A stretch of DNA of 64,000 bases from Chiloscyllium plagiosum (lineage: Eukaryota), in NCBI RefSeq assembly GCF_004010195.1, contig NC_057718.1, positions 27,712,005 to 27,776,004 on the forward strand. Direction: 5' to 3'. Position 1 is the stretch's first letter. Every line of letters starts with the position of its first letter. Positions 1 through 12,526 of the stretch are shown one piece after another. A program made the translations under genes and the position numbers. The notes under the pieces are model-generated. The model worked only from the letters and a program-made list of their open reading frames with translations. It was not told where the DNA came from and did not search any database.

Positions 1-270
1 GGCCTATCACCCTCACCTTAACCTCCTTCCACCTATCGCATTTCCAACGCCCCTCCCCCAAGTCCCTCCTCCCTACCTTTTATCTTAGCCTGCTAGACAC
101 ACTTTCCTCATTCCTGAAGAAGGGCTCATGCCCGAAACGTCGATTCTCCTGCTCCTTGGATGCTGCCTGACCTGCTGCGCTTTTCCAGCAACACATTTTC
201 AGTCTAGAATTGTACCCAGCTTCCAGGATACTCTTGACTTTTAATCTCCAGCATCTGCATTACTCACGTT
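1..270 (+). mobile_element. Penelope-like element 3' end/pLTR, family A (runs off window start)
   Basis: Sequence cctgaagaagggctcatgcccgaaacgtcgattctcctgct...gatgctgcctgacctgctg is shared with the copies at 560, 15330 and 63175. Confidence 0.7.
111..144 (+). ncRNA. Minimal type-I hammerhead ribozyme motif
   Basis: tc-CTGAAGA-a-GGGC tcat GCCC-GAAA-CGTC-ga: conserved core, 4-bp stem II, palindromic ACGT stem III and GUC cleavage triplet. Confidence 0.65.
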
Positions 271-559
271 CGCCCAGCTTCCAGCGGAACCTGGTGAGCA
301 GACTGAGGGGTAAAACAGACTCTTTGGGGGAAAACATTCGAAAGGAAACACTGGCATTTATAAGGTGCTGATTGGGACTACTAAATGTCTCAAATGCTTT
401 ACAGGAGGTGAAATCCTTTTGAAGTGTAGTCACTGTTGCGTAGGCAGTGTAAACAGTAAAAGCAGTTAATATGAATAAAAGATTAGAAATAGGAGCAAGT
501 GAAGGAATTTAATCCCTAAAGTCTGCCCAATAAGATCATGGCTGATATGTTTGTGGTTC

Positions 560-903
560 AAGAGTGTGCTGCTGGGGAAGCACAGCAGGTCAGGCAGCAT
601 CAGAGGAGCAGGAAAATCGACGTTTTGGGCATAAACCCATCAGCAGTCCTCACTTTCTCCTAGTTAATTTCAACCCCACTGCGAAGCCTCGTCCAAGGAT
701 GCCTACCTTGAAGAAGTTCTCCTCTCTCTTTCCAAGGATCTCAGTGAGTCTCTTCCTCACTGCAGCCCACCCCCCGTCCCCCCAGGTCATCTCCTCTGCC
801 CTGAAGCTCTTTAGCCGCATCCTGAAGCAGACTCACTACCACAGCCACATTTCCTTCCTCAGTGCCTGTCTACCTCCAGCTTCTGCAGTCCTCACTTTCT
901 CCT
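560..903. mobile_element. Penelope-like insertion (inverted pLTR piece plus start of ORF) inside a CR1 3' tail
   Basis: Inverted family-A terminus, then ORF start MPTLKK...HYHSHISFLSACL. Flanked by ctgatatg(t/a)ttgtgg at 542-556 and 906-920. Confidence 0.6.
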
Positions 904-1229
904 ACCTGATATGATTGTGGCCTTAATTCAACTTTCCTGCCAGTGCAACCTATCCCCAATACTCTTGACTTCTTTGTAGATCAAAAACCTGTTTAATACT
1001 TCTATAATAGAGCTCGAGGTTCAGTGGAATACCCTACCTCTGGGCTAGAAGGCCTGGAGTTCAAGTCCTACCAACTCCAGATTGTGTCATGTCTGAACTT
1101 GTTGATTTAAATATATTCAGTGATTTATTTAATGGGTCTTTGGACTCTTATGGTACAGTGGTAGTGTATCTACCTCTGAGCCAGGCGGCCTGTGTTCAAG
1201 TCCAACTGTCCGAAGAGCATCTTCACTCA

Positions 1230-1480
1230 GAACCACCCCATCTTTGTAACCCTGCATTTCCCATGGCTAATCCACCTAGATATCCTGGACACTATGGGCA
1301 ATTTAGGATGGCCAATCCACCTAACCTGCACACCATGGGACTGTGGAAGGAAACTAGAGCACCCAGAAGAAACCTACAGAGAGACAGAATATGCATACAC
1401 CACACAGATAGCCACCCGAGGCTGGAATCAAACCTGAGTTCATGGTGCTGTGAGGCAGCAGTGCTAATCACTGAGCCACA
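1230..1480 (-). mobile_element. HE1-like tRNA-derived SINE, degenerate
   Basis: Reverse complement of the HE1 head: gctgtgaggcagcagtgctaatcactgagccac. Confidence 0.75.
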
Positions 1481-3008
1481 AATGCCTGCTTTCACACTGG
1501 AAGGATCGTATGATTCTCAGTCCCACCTGCCCCAGAGGTGTGTCATAACACATCTGAGCAGGATTGATTAAAATATCTCTCTCAAGAAATATAGGGCATT
1601 TGTGGTGCAGAGGATAGTTTGGACTAATGTGATAATGTGATTTCTGTCTTGACACAATTAGATTGTTTCTCTGTTTTATTGGTATCAAATAAGAAAGGTT
1701 TTCACAATAGCTGAAGCATAAATAGAAATTGCTGGAGAAACTCTGCAGGGCAGGTAATATCTGTGGAGAGAAAGCAGAATTAGCATTTCAGTCCAGAGAC
1801 TGTTCTTCAGAACTATTAGGAAAATGTGCTAAAGATGGGGATGTGGGTGGTGTGGGAGGAGGAAGGGTAAGCAAATAGGTGAATACTTAGTCTGGAAAGA
1901 GAGAAAAACAGTTCGGCAGACAAAGGGATGGCTAATGGTAAGCCAAAAAGAAAGAAATGCTGATACTGGGGACCATAGGTGGGTTAAAATGGGTTGGCTA
2001 TGCTGAAAACAGCCATATTATGTCAGGGCCAAGAATATGGGAGTGGGTAAAGGACATAGGTTTTCATGTCTGAAAATGATCGTGTGTGGGGTTGAATATT
2101 TGAAACTCTGTGGTGCTTGAATGAGAAGCTAAAAGAAACATTCTTCATTGCACAGAGAGACCTAGCTAGAGTTTGTCAGGTCAGCCCATGCATATAGCAG
2201 CAGTAAGCAGAAGCTGCCATTAATACTTTTACTGTGTGTATTGTTCCTTCAACCTGAGATTTGAAGTTGCCAGAACAACGTGTTTGAGTCTTTTTACAAA
2301 TATGTTGTGGTTTTTCATTGATCATCAAATCAACATCTTAACTTAATGTTTAATCAAATGGAGGGAATTACAGCAATTTCAGGAGTGAACAGAAGTATTT
2401 CTGTCCTGGGGAATCCCTACAGTGTCAAAACTGACCATTCGGCCCATTGAGTCCACACCAATCCACCAAACGGCATCCTATCCAGACCACCCCATCATCC
2501 TGAATTCTCACCCCATTTAACCTACACATCCCTGGATTCTATGGGTAATTTAGCATGGCCAATCCACTTAATCTGCATATCCTTCTGGATTGTTATTGAG
2601 AATACTATCAGCTGAGAAAGCTGATTGAACAATTACTTTTAGATGGCTGATAAAGATTCATAGATTTATAGATTCATACAAAGCAAAAAAGGCCCTTTGG
2701 CCCATCAAGTCTGCACCGACATAACTATCACTAAAGGTGCGCTGATCCCAATTTCCTGCACTTGTCCTATATGTTTGAATGTTATGATATTTGAAGATGC
2801 AATACAACATTATTTTTCAGCTGAATTAAGCCAGGCTATGGTTCAACTGGATCTCAGCTCAATATCAATTTTACTGGATAGAGTTATTCAGCTTTATTTT
2901 GAAAACATTGGCCCAGATTTTCTTAGAAGGCTGTTTTCCACTGCAGATGGGAGTTGTTCATGGGGACTGTATGGAATCCCCATTGTAGCAGACTACAAAC
3001 AAATTTGT

Positions 3009-3337
3009 GGGCGGCACGGTGGCACAGTGGTTAGCACTGCTGCCTCACAGCGCCAGAGACCCGGGTTCAATTCCTAACTCAGGCGACTGACTGTGTGGAG
3101 TTTGCACATTCTCCCCGTGTCTGCGTGGGTTTCCTCCGGGTGTTCCGGTTTCCTCCCACAGTCCAAAGATGTGCAGGTCAGGTGAATTGGCCATGCTAAA
3201 TTGCCCATAGTGTTAGGTTAAAGGGGTAAATGTAGGGGTATGGGTGGGTTGCGCTTCGGCGGGTCGGTGTGGACTTGTTGGGCCGAAGGGCCTGTTTCCA
3301 CACTGTAAGTAATCTAATCTAATCTAATCTAATCTAA
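3009..3337 (+). mobile_element. HE1-like tRNA-derived SINE, young and full length
   Basis: A box tggcacagtgg, B box ggttcaattcc, central domain, CR1-like tail ending (aatct)n. Confidence 0.9.
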
Positions 3338-3624
3338 AATTGAAGATACCGCTGAGCAATTCCTCGATATCAGGTACACTCCGAAAGTCTCCGTTTAAAT
3401 CAGAGTTGTTGGAGGGTTCTGATGAAGTTAGGTAAAGTAAGTTGGTCAGGAAAAGTTACAGTACAAAAGTTGCAGCTGTGTGGGTAGGATTGAGGAACTG
3501 CAAAGGGAAAAAGACCCTGATGGGAGTTGTGAACAGGTCTCATTGCAGTATTCAGAATGTAGGGCAGTAAGTAAACCAGGAGATAGAATCCCTACAGTGT
3601 CGAAGCTGACCATTTGGCCTATGT

Positions 3625-4500
3625 AAGAAAGAGACTATTGGAAAAATCATGGGGAACTTCAATATGCATTGGACTAGGAAATTCAGGTTGAGAGCGATCC
3701 CAAGCAAAGGAATTCATAGCGTGTTTACAAAATAGTTTTTGGAGCACCTTATGATAAAGCCCATTAGGGAACAGGCAACTTTGGATTTGGTGATGTGTAA
3801 TGAGGCAGACTTATTTAGGGAGCTTACGATGAAGGGATACCTTGGGGGCAGTGACCACAATATGATAGAATTCACCTTGAGAGGGAGAAGCTGAAATTAG
3901 ACATAATGGTATTACAATTAAGTACAGGTAACTGCAAATATATGAGGGAGGAGGTGGTGAGAGTTGATTAAAGTTTTAGTTTTGCTGGAAAGATGGAGGA
4001 AAGCTTTGCAGGAGTTTCTGGGTAATTCAAAAGGCACAGCAGAAATTCATCCCAAAGAAGAAGAAACATACTAAAAGAAGGATGAGACAACCTGGCTAAT
4101 GAAAGAAGTCAGGAACAACATAAAAGCAAAAGCATACAATGAGGTGAAGTTTAGTGGGAAGCCAGAGGATTCATAAACCTTTAAAAGTCAGCAGAAGACA
4201 ACTAAAAAGACCATGAGGGGTGAGAAGGTGAATTATGAGGTAAGCTAGTGATATAAAAGAAGATTGAAAGAGTTTTTTTAGATATATAAAAGGCAAAGGA
4301 GATCAAGTGTGGACATTGGACACCTGGAAAATGAGGCTGGAGAAGTAGTAATGGGGAACAAAGAAATGGCAAAGGAACTGAAGAGATACTTTGCATCAGT
4401 CTTCACAGTGGAAGACACAAGCAGCATAAGAACATTTCATGAGAGTCAGGGGACAGAGGTACTATAGTGGTCATCATTAAGGAGTAGGTGCTCAGGGTCT
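3625..4500 (+). mobile_element. CR1 LINE fragment (endonuclease-RT linker), decayed
   Basis: Remnants of MGDFN, LDLV.CNE, LGGSDHNMIEF and YFASVFTVED with frameshifts. Confidence 0.8.
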
Positions 4501-5719
4501 GAAGAAGAACCTTCCCCAGACTACGTGCACCCTCCAGATTCCAATTCAACACCTTCGCCACCCTTCAGCAGACCTGACACCTCCTATCCTCGTTCGGCTG
4601 TACCAGACCTGAGAGCACCCGCCATCTCCCTGCTGAAGTTCAAGTCCCATCTATTCCGGAGGTGTGTAATTACACCTCTGAACAGGTTCTTTAGAAAAAT
4701 ATCTATATTCAATGGCCCACGCTCCAGTGCTATCTGGGGAAAATAATTCTAAAGACTCATGATTCTCTGAAATTCATCCTAATTTCCCTCATACGAGAGA
4801 TCCCTTATTTTTGAACTGTCACCCTTAGTTTTAGTTTCCCACGAGGGGAAACATCCTCTCAGCATTTACCCTATCAATCCTCCTCAGAATCTTATTTTAT
4901 TCGATAAGATCATGTCTCGTTCTTCCAAATTCCAATGAGTACAGGGCTAATCTACTAACCTCGTATATTAGCTCCTTCATTTCAGGAATCAGGCCAGTGA
5001 ACCTTCTCTCAACTGCTTCTAATGTAAGATTTTCCTCCTTAAGTAAGGAGACCAAAACTATCCAAAATTCTCAGGGTGTGGTCTCACCAATGCACTGAAC
5101 AGTTGTAGCAAGGCTTCTATACTTTTCTACTTCATCCCCTTTGCAATACAGGCCAACATTTTCCTTCCTGACTACTTGTTCCTGCATGTTGATGTATTGT
5201 GATTTTATAGGACATCGAGATCCCTCTCCTGCAGCATTCTGCTGTCTCTCTGCATTTAAATACAGTAATATTTGGCTTTTGCATTATTTTAGCCAAACTG
5301 GACAATCTTAAATTTTGTCATATTATGTCTCTCAGCTGAATTTTGTGCACTCAGTTAACTTACCTGTATCCCTTTGCAGATTCTAAGTATTCTCCTCACA
5401 ACTTGTCTTCTGACCCAGCTTTATATCACCAGCAAATTTTTCTATATGGCAGTTGGTCCCTTCATCCAAGTCATTAATGTCGACTGTAAATAGTTGAAGC
5501 CCGAGCACTGAACCACAGTCGTTTTCTATCAGTTAGTTTGCGAAACTAAACAGAATTCATTATGTCAACTCTTTGTTTTCTATTCATCAGTCAATCATCT
5601 ATCAGAAGAAGCTATTCCATCCAAAACACCATAATATAGCACAGTTTCAAATGTCTTTTGGAAATCCACATAGGCTATATATATTGACTTCCGTTTATTC
5701 ACTTTGCTTGGTACACCCT

Positions 5720-6119
5720 TGAAATAACTCCACAGAAGTCATTATTCCATCATCAAGTCACCCTTTATTTCACATGTGGAGAGTCCTTGACACTGATCAA
5801 GCTCCCTCAGAGCCAGCTCTCAGATTGAACAAGATGTTTGACATACCTGTTTTTTTTTCTTTTTTTTCTTTTTTTTGTGTTCAGGACATCAGACACTCCT
5901 GTTTTTTTTAGTGCTTGTTTTTCCCCCGCACTCATGTTTGTGACACGGGGAAAGACACAAGATGCACAAATCTTTATTCAGTTTCCACCACCAGGAAGAA
6001 AAGAAACACCCAAGTGACACACCTGTTTTTATCTGTCAGCCAGCGTTCCCTGACTGGACCAGATTAACAGCTCCAATCAGCGAAGTCATTTTCTGGCTGA
6101 ACTCATTACAATCACTACA
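5720..6119 (-). mobile_element. Short LTR-like element (TG...CA) with a nested Tx1-like tail
   Basis: On the - strand it reads tgtagtgatt...CCAAT boxes...gacagataaaaacagg...aataaagggtg...gagttatttca. Same family as 45655-46479. Confidence 0.65.
5855..6015 (-). mobile_element. Tx1/L1-clade LINE 3' UTR with A-rich tails, heavily 5'-truncated
   Basis: Reverse complement matches 46227-46345 (cacttgggtgtttc...aataaagatttgt...catgagtgc). Poly(T) tracts on the + strand. Confidence 0.75.
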
Positions 6120-7519
6120 ACCTCCAAAGAAAAGATACGTTTGTCAAACACAATTTCTCTTTCACAAAACAATGTTGACTCAGCCTAGCCATTACCTCCT
6201 TAATACTTCTATCATTTTCCGATTTAAAAATGTTAGGTTAATTGGCTATAGTTTCTTGTTTTTTTTTTTGTCTTGTGATTCCTTGATACACTTGCAGTTT
6301 TCCAATTTTCTGGGACCTGTCCAGAATCCAGGGAAATTTAGAAGATTAAGACCAATGTATCAACTATACCTGCAGCTATTTCTTTTAAGACCCTGGGACA
6401 AAGGATAAGGATCAGGTCCAAGGGATTTTCTGGCCTTCGTCCTATTTGTTTTTGGAGTATTTTTACTCCTGTGATTATAATTGGTTTAAGTTCCTTTTTT
6501 TTGTCTCTGATTGTTTCTATGATTCTTGACAGATATACTTGTTAACAAATAATTGTTCAAAAGCTCTATCATTTCCTTACTTCTCATTATTAATTCCATA
6601 AACTCATCCTCTAAAGGATCAATCATCATTTAGTTACTCTTTTTTTTTATATTTGCAGAAGCTTTTACTGTCTCTTTTTTATATTTCTTACTAGTTTGCT
6701 CTTAGCCTCCCATTTCTCCCACTTTGATTTTAAGTTTTAGTCATCCTTTACTAGTTTCAAAATTTCTCCCAATCATCTGAGCTATCCCTAATGTTTACAG
6801 TATTGTCTACCATTTCTTTCAATTTACTACCATTTTATCCATACATTTCTTTTTTGGTTCAGAGATTTTTAATCAATCTGTTCAGACATGTTGTGACACA
6901 CCTTAGAGCAGGTGAGACTTGAATCCACACCTTTATGGCTCAGATATAGGGGGACTACCAGTAGACCACACAAACCCTCTATTTTTAAATTGCTCATGGT
7001 TTGTAAAGTTACATTCTTTGGCTTCAATTGAGCAGAGGGAGGGGAGTCTAGTTTAACAGCTACAGTTACAAGAGATTGCTGATTGAGATAACAAATCAAA
7101 CTGACATCACAGGAAAGTGGTGTATGCATTGGTTCAGGATGTTAATAAGTGTTTTTTTTTGGAAGAAGTAATTAATTGAGAAAGAACAGGAATAAATGAA
7201 AGACCAATATAATAAAGTAATCTAAGTAAGCAAAATAGCATGAGGGAACAAAAACAAATATTGCTGGAGAAACTGAGCAGGTCTGGAAGCATCTGTGGGA
7301 AGAAGGCAGTGTTAACGTTTCAAGTCTGGTTACTCTGCATCAGAACTCCATCAGCATAAAGGATAAGTTAATTGCCATCTTACATAAGCAAAGTTTATTT
7401 TAGAAAAGGGAGTACATAAGGGGCATAAAGGAAGTCAAGGCTGCAGAAATCGCACTGTGATATGATATCCTGTACAATGTAACAAATCATTAAAGCTTCA
7501 GTTATCGCAGGTGACCACA

Positions 7520-7866
7520 TAGAAACATAAGGAACTCTACAGAAAGAGGCCTTTCAGCCCATCGAATCTGCAGTGTTCCTTTAAAAAGCATCCCACTCAA
7601 ATCTAGCCTCCCACACTATCCCAGTAACAACGCATTTACCATGGCTGATCCAATCTAATCTGCACATCTCCGGACACTACGGGTTAATTTTGCATAGCCA
7701 GTTCATCTAACCTGCGCTGCTTTGGGTTGTGGGAGGAAACCAGACCACTCAGCAGAAACAGAGAGAATATACAAACTCCACATAGTCACCCAAGGGTGGA
7801 ATCAAACCTGGGTCTTTGGCACTATGAGACAGCAGTGCTGGCCACCTGAGCTACTGTGCCGCCCCA
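7520..7866 (-). mobile_element. HE1-like SINE, degenerate
   Basis: Reverse-strand similarity to 3009-3337. Confidence 0.7.
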
Positions 7867-7929
7867 GGCAGTCCCATCAATGAAACCACCAATAGAATCA
7901 GTTTGAATGAATATTGGAGAGAAACAAGA

Positions 7930-9150
7930 TTGTGTCATTGAATTAGCCATCTTCTCCATGTTCCTCTCTGCAATACGTACTTCACCTCCAGCAAATTACT
8001 CACATTCATGAAAATAATTGACTAAACAAATGGGAAAACTATTCAACCCTATACTTGCTTCAACTCAAAGCTAATATCATCCCAATCTCAGTATGCAGAA
8101 GGCATTTCTGTGTGTGCCGGCTGAGAAACTGAGCTCCAATCATTGTTGACTCATTCTTTGAATCACAAGAGAACCTAAGCCTTTCAGTAAAAGTCTGTAA
8201 AACCAAACCCTTTTACAGCGATCTCCTAAAACACATCTCAAATTGATTTAGGATCAGTGGCAAAATCCTGGAAAATGTGGACCATTCTCCATACTTCAGG
8301 AACTTCCTTTCAACAAAGACAAACATTGTTGACAAAATTTATTGTAGTCAACTTTTACAGCCTTTGGGACTGTAAATGCCAGAAATCAGAAACAAAACAG
8401 AAATTGCTAGAAAAACTCAGCACATCTGGCAGCATCTGTGGAGAAAAAGCAGAATGAACTTTTTGGGTTCAGTGAGCTTACTTCAGGGTTTTCGAGCATT
8501 GTCTGTTTGCTTAGTCTTTGTCTAACTGAAGCAAATAGTATTTGAGGATCAGGATCGCAAATGCGAGGCTAAGGTAATGGTTGAACAGATAGTTGTCATC
8601 CCCACTCACTGCTTCAGAGTCTTGGACAAACTACAGAATGCACAGCAAAGTACAGAAAGGTACTATACAGTACATTAGCAGTATCCTATCTGAAGCCACA
8701 ATGCCGAACATCAAGGCACTAATTATTCAAAATCAACTCTGCCAAGTGGAACATCTTGTTTGTCTGCCTGAAATCTATCTCCGGTAGCAAGTTCTACTCT
8801 AAACCTAATCACAGTGAGAAACTCGCAGGAGAACCACATAAACATTTTAGGTATGTTCTCATAGGATTGCTGAGGATGTCAAACATCTGGACTAGCTCTT
8901 GAGAGCCCTATGCTGATGCCAATTGCTGTGCACAGAACCTTAGAGTTGACCGACCAAAGTGGAAAAGGTCCATTTAAGAAGGTTCTGAATACATTGTCTT
9001 TTTTGGGGAGGTGTGCTGGAGCAAAGTCAAGCCTTCAATCAACTTGTCTACCTGACCCTTCAAACCCCTCTCTAAACATAAACATGCACAAAATTTAGCA
9101 GAGTCTGCAGATTGTGCTTGGAGTTACCATCCATCTCAAAACCCCAGCAT
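7930..9150 (+). mobile_element. RTE-clade LINE remnant, highly decayed
   Basis: LENVDH(F)PY-like segment at ~8270 and RTE-like C-terminal remnants. A Penelope-like piece is nested at ~8366-8490. Confidence 0.55.
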
Positions 9151-10029
9151 AAGAAGAGCATTATATCCTTGTTTTGAGTTGGCTTCATAATTATGTGTTG
9201 ATTATGGGTCAGTTTCAGCTTAATGTTGACATGCTCGTTTCTGAGTTAAAATTATGCATTGGAGTGCATAACCCAGAAATATATACATCAATGTAGTATT
9301 AGCAGACTTCCAGAGGGGAGCCTGTCACATAAAAAAAAAGACTCCTTCGCCTCTTAGATGAATGTAAAATATTCCATGGCACCAAGAAGAATAGGGATGA
9401 CTTCCAGAATTCCAGCCAATATTTAACTCTGAATTAACAGTACAAAATAAATAATCTGATTATTTATTTTCCGAAGCAGAGTTATATTGGACTCAAAGCA
9501 TTAACTTTGTTTCTCTGTCCACAGCTGCTGCCACACCTGCTGAGTTACCTCCAGCATTTTTAGTTTTTATTTCAGGTACCTAGAATCCATAGTAATTTGT
9601 TTCTATTTATCTCGCGGTTATTTATCTTATTGGTATTTGATGGGATTTACTTTACGTAAACTGGCTACCATGTTTGCCTATTTCTCACCACACTTGAACA
9701 GTAGTTACTTGGCTGTAAAGTGCTTTGAACTATCGTTACGTGAAACACGCTTACTTCCTAGTTTGTATAAGAATGAATCACTAGATGGCACTCTAAATGC
9801 AATTGTGACCACTTCAAACCTGAATAATAGTTGTTATCCTGTGAGAGCAATACCATGACGTATTATAATAGGCTTTCATTACCACTAGTATTTTCACCCA
9901 TTTGTTCAGGAATGAATTTGCTGGCCATAATGACAGAATGCTGAAGTCAAATTGGTTTAGAATTTGAACAGGATTTTAATTTTTTTTTAAAGAGAATGTA
10001 TTCTAATTTTTATATTGCAGTACTGCCTT

Positions 10030-10950
10030 GAGAGGCAGCATTGTAATATTAGCAACATGACTAGCTGACAGAAAACAGCGTATGCAGAAATAAGTCTTTC
10101 GGTTAACAGGATGTGACTAGCAGAGTCCCACAGAGCTCTGTGCTAGGGCACCAGTTTTCTTTTACAATTTATGACAATGACTTGGCTTGGTAACTAAATT
10201 TAAAGATGGCATAGATATAAATAGGAAATTATGTTGTGAAGGTGACACAAGAAGTTTGCAGATGGATATACATAGGTTGAATGATCTAGCAGATTGAATA
10301 TAATGAAGGAAAATGTGAAGTTGTTTACTTTGGCAAGAAGAATAAAGAAGCCATATATTACTTAAACAGAGGTTAGGTGCAGCATATTCAAGTGCAGAGG
10401 GATCTAGGTGTTTTCGTGATGGATTACAAAACATTAGTATGCAAGTACTGCAAATAATTAATGGAATATGATCTTTTATTATGAGAAGAATTGAAGATAA
10501 AAGTAAAAATGCCATGCTGCAGTTATACAAGGCATTGGTTATACAGTGCACAGTTTTGGTTCCTTATTTAAGGAAGGATATAATGTGTTTGGAGGCGATT
10601 CACTTGATACATGGAAAGTGTGGTTGTCTTATGAGGGTTGGTTGGACAGGCTGGGCTTGTTTACACTGGAGTTTTGAAATGTGAGGATGACCTGATTGAA
10701 GCTTTGGAACAATCTTGACAAGATGGACGTGGAAAGATGTTTCCTCCCTTAGTGAGTCCAGAACTAGCGGACACTATTTAAAACTGGAGATCACCCTTTT
10801 AGGACAGGTATGAAGAAAAAATATTTTTTCAGAGGATGTACAACTTTGGAATGCTTTGCCTTAAGGGGTGTTAAGGATAGGGTCATTAAAAATTTTAAGG
10901 CAGAAGTAGACAGATTCTTGTTAGGTACATGAATCAAAGGTTACCAGGGT
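10030..10950 (+). mobile_element. CR1 LINE 3' fragment, decayed
   Basis: MLQLYKALV..PYLRKDI in ORF 10481. Confidence 0.75.
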
Positions 10951-12086
10951 AACAGGCATTCTGTTGTGATATTTTGCTGTTTCTGTCCATCTGACCTCCA
11001 GTCACACATCAGATTTTTTTTAAACTGGGCCTCAATACTGAAGCCCCAGTCTCTTAATTATTTTTGCGACACAATCATTGATGCTTTGGGCCACCCAGAG
11101 TGATGCTTTCTGTCATAGCCTAACTCCAGAATTGCTGATTGTTGCTTTTGCTTCTAATAGCTTCCAGTGATTGACCCTTCTCATGATCAGAACAGACATC
11201 ATATGTGACCATATACAAATCTTTTTCCATTATGGAAACACTTCATAGAAGTTTCAGCTTCTTTAGTATACTTGTGAAAATTGTGTCACATTTGTCAAGA
11301 TTGAGAAAACTGTTTGGTTACCTTGGTTGTAATTAAAAGGAAAAGGAGTTTATTAAAACCTAAATTAACACTTTTAGTCTCTACATTGAAGTACAGAAAA
11401 TGTCAAAACATATTTTTAAACATTCTATTTTATCACTGTCTTTCCATTATTTTGGTTATTTGCTGATTTTAATTATACTTATTGATGGTAAATTTTTGAA
11501 TAATAGAAAATATTAATGGGTATGTTCACGATGAAAGTGAATAGAACTCTATAACTAACTTTATAAATGTTGAGGTTCTGTTCGCCGAGCTGGAAGTTTT
11601 TGTTGCAAATGTTTCGTCCCCTGTCTAGGCGACATCATCAGTGCTTGGGAGCCTCCTGCGAAGCGCTTCTTTGATGTTTCCTCCGGTGTTTATAGTGGTC
11701 TGTCCCTGCCGCTTCCGGTTGTCAGTTTCAGCTGTCCGCTGTAGTGGTTGGTATATTGGGTCCAGGTCGATGTGTTTGTTGATGGAGTTTGTGGATGAAT
11801 GCCATGCCTCTAGGAATTCCCTGGCTATTCTCTGTCTGGCTTGCCCTATGATAGTGGTGTTGTCCCAGTCGAATTTATGTTGTTTGTTGTCTGCATGTGT
11901 GGCTACTAAGGATAGCTGGTCGTGTCGTTTCGTGACTAGTTGATGTTCATGTATGCGGATAGTTAGCTGTCTTCCTATATAGTTCTGACAGCCAGACTAC
12001 TGCGACCCCTAGGACTCATAACGGAACACAAACCAACAGCCACACTCAGACAACAACTCACCAGAACGAAGGACCCGATACCCAAC

Positions 12087-12506
12087 ATGAGCAAAACTAA
12101 TGTAGTGTACAAAATACCATGCAAGGACTGCACAAAACACTATATAGGACAAACGGGAAGACAGCTAACTATCCGCATGCATGAACATCAACTAGCCATG
12201 AAACGACACGACCAGCTATCCTTAGTAGCCACACACGCAGACAACAAGCAACATAAATTCGACTGGGACAACACTACTATCATAGGGCAAGCCAGACAGA
12301 GAACAGCCAGGGAATTCCTAGAGGCATGGCATTCATCCACAAACTCCATCAACAAACACATCGACCTGGACCCAATATACCAACCACTACAGCGGACAGC
12401 TGAAACTGACAACCGGAAGCGGCAGGGACAGACCACTATAAACACCGGAGGAAACATCAAAGAAGCGCTTCGCAGGAGGCTCCCAAGCACTGATGATGTC
12501 GCCTAG
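12087..12506 (+). CDS. GIY-YIG endonuclease domain of a Penelope-like element (truncated TE ORF)
   Basis: VVYKIPCKDC..YIGQTGRQL..RMHEH..HKFDWDNTTII..REFLEAWHS is the typical PLE GIY-YIG pattern. Confidence 0.88.
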   Translation: MSKTNVVYKIPCKDCTKHYIGQTGRQLTIRMHEHQLAMKRHDQLSLVATHADNKQHKFDWDNTTIIGQARQRTAREFLEAWHSSTNSINKHIDLDPIYQPLQRTAETDNRKRQGQTTINTGGNIKEALRRRLPSTDDVA

Positions 12507-12526
12507 CCAGGGGACGAAACGTTTGC
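12487..12526 (+). ncRNA. Minimal hammerhead ribozyme motif in PLE pLTR (mutated inverted copy at 11605-11644)
   Basis: gca-CTGATGA-t-gtcgcct agcc aggggac-GAAA-CGTT-tgc. Stem I is gca/tgc and stem III is palindromic ACGT. Confidence 0.65.

Larger units (their letters stand above)
4690..6830 (-). mobile_element. CR1 LINE fragment, decayed, interrupted by the LTR-like element at 5720-6119
   Basis: Reverse-strand RT and C-terminal remnants similar to the other CR1 copies in the window. Confidence 0.7.

Noticed and set aside
3009..3080. tRNA gene (A and B boxes)
   Set aside because: It is the tRNA-derived head of a SINE and continues into the SINE body and tail.
11641..12490. Two near-identical 100-aa ORFs on opposite strands (MLGSLLRSASL...)
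   Set aside because: They are antisense readings of the inverted Penelope arms, not a duplicated gene.
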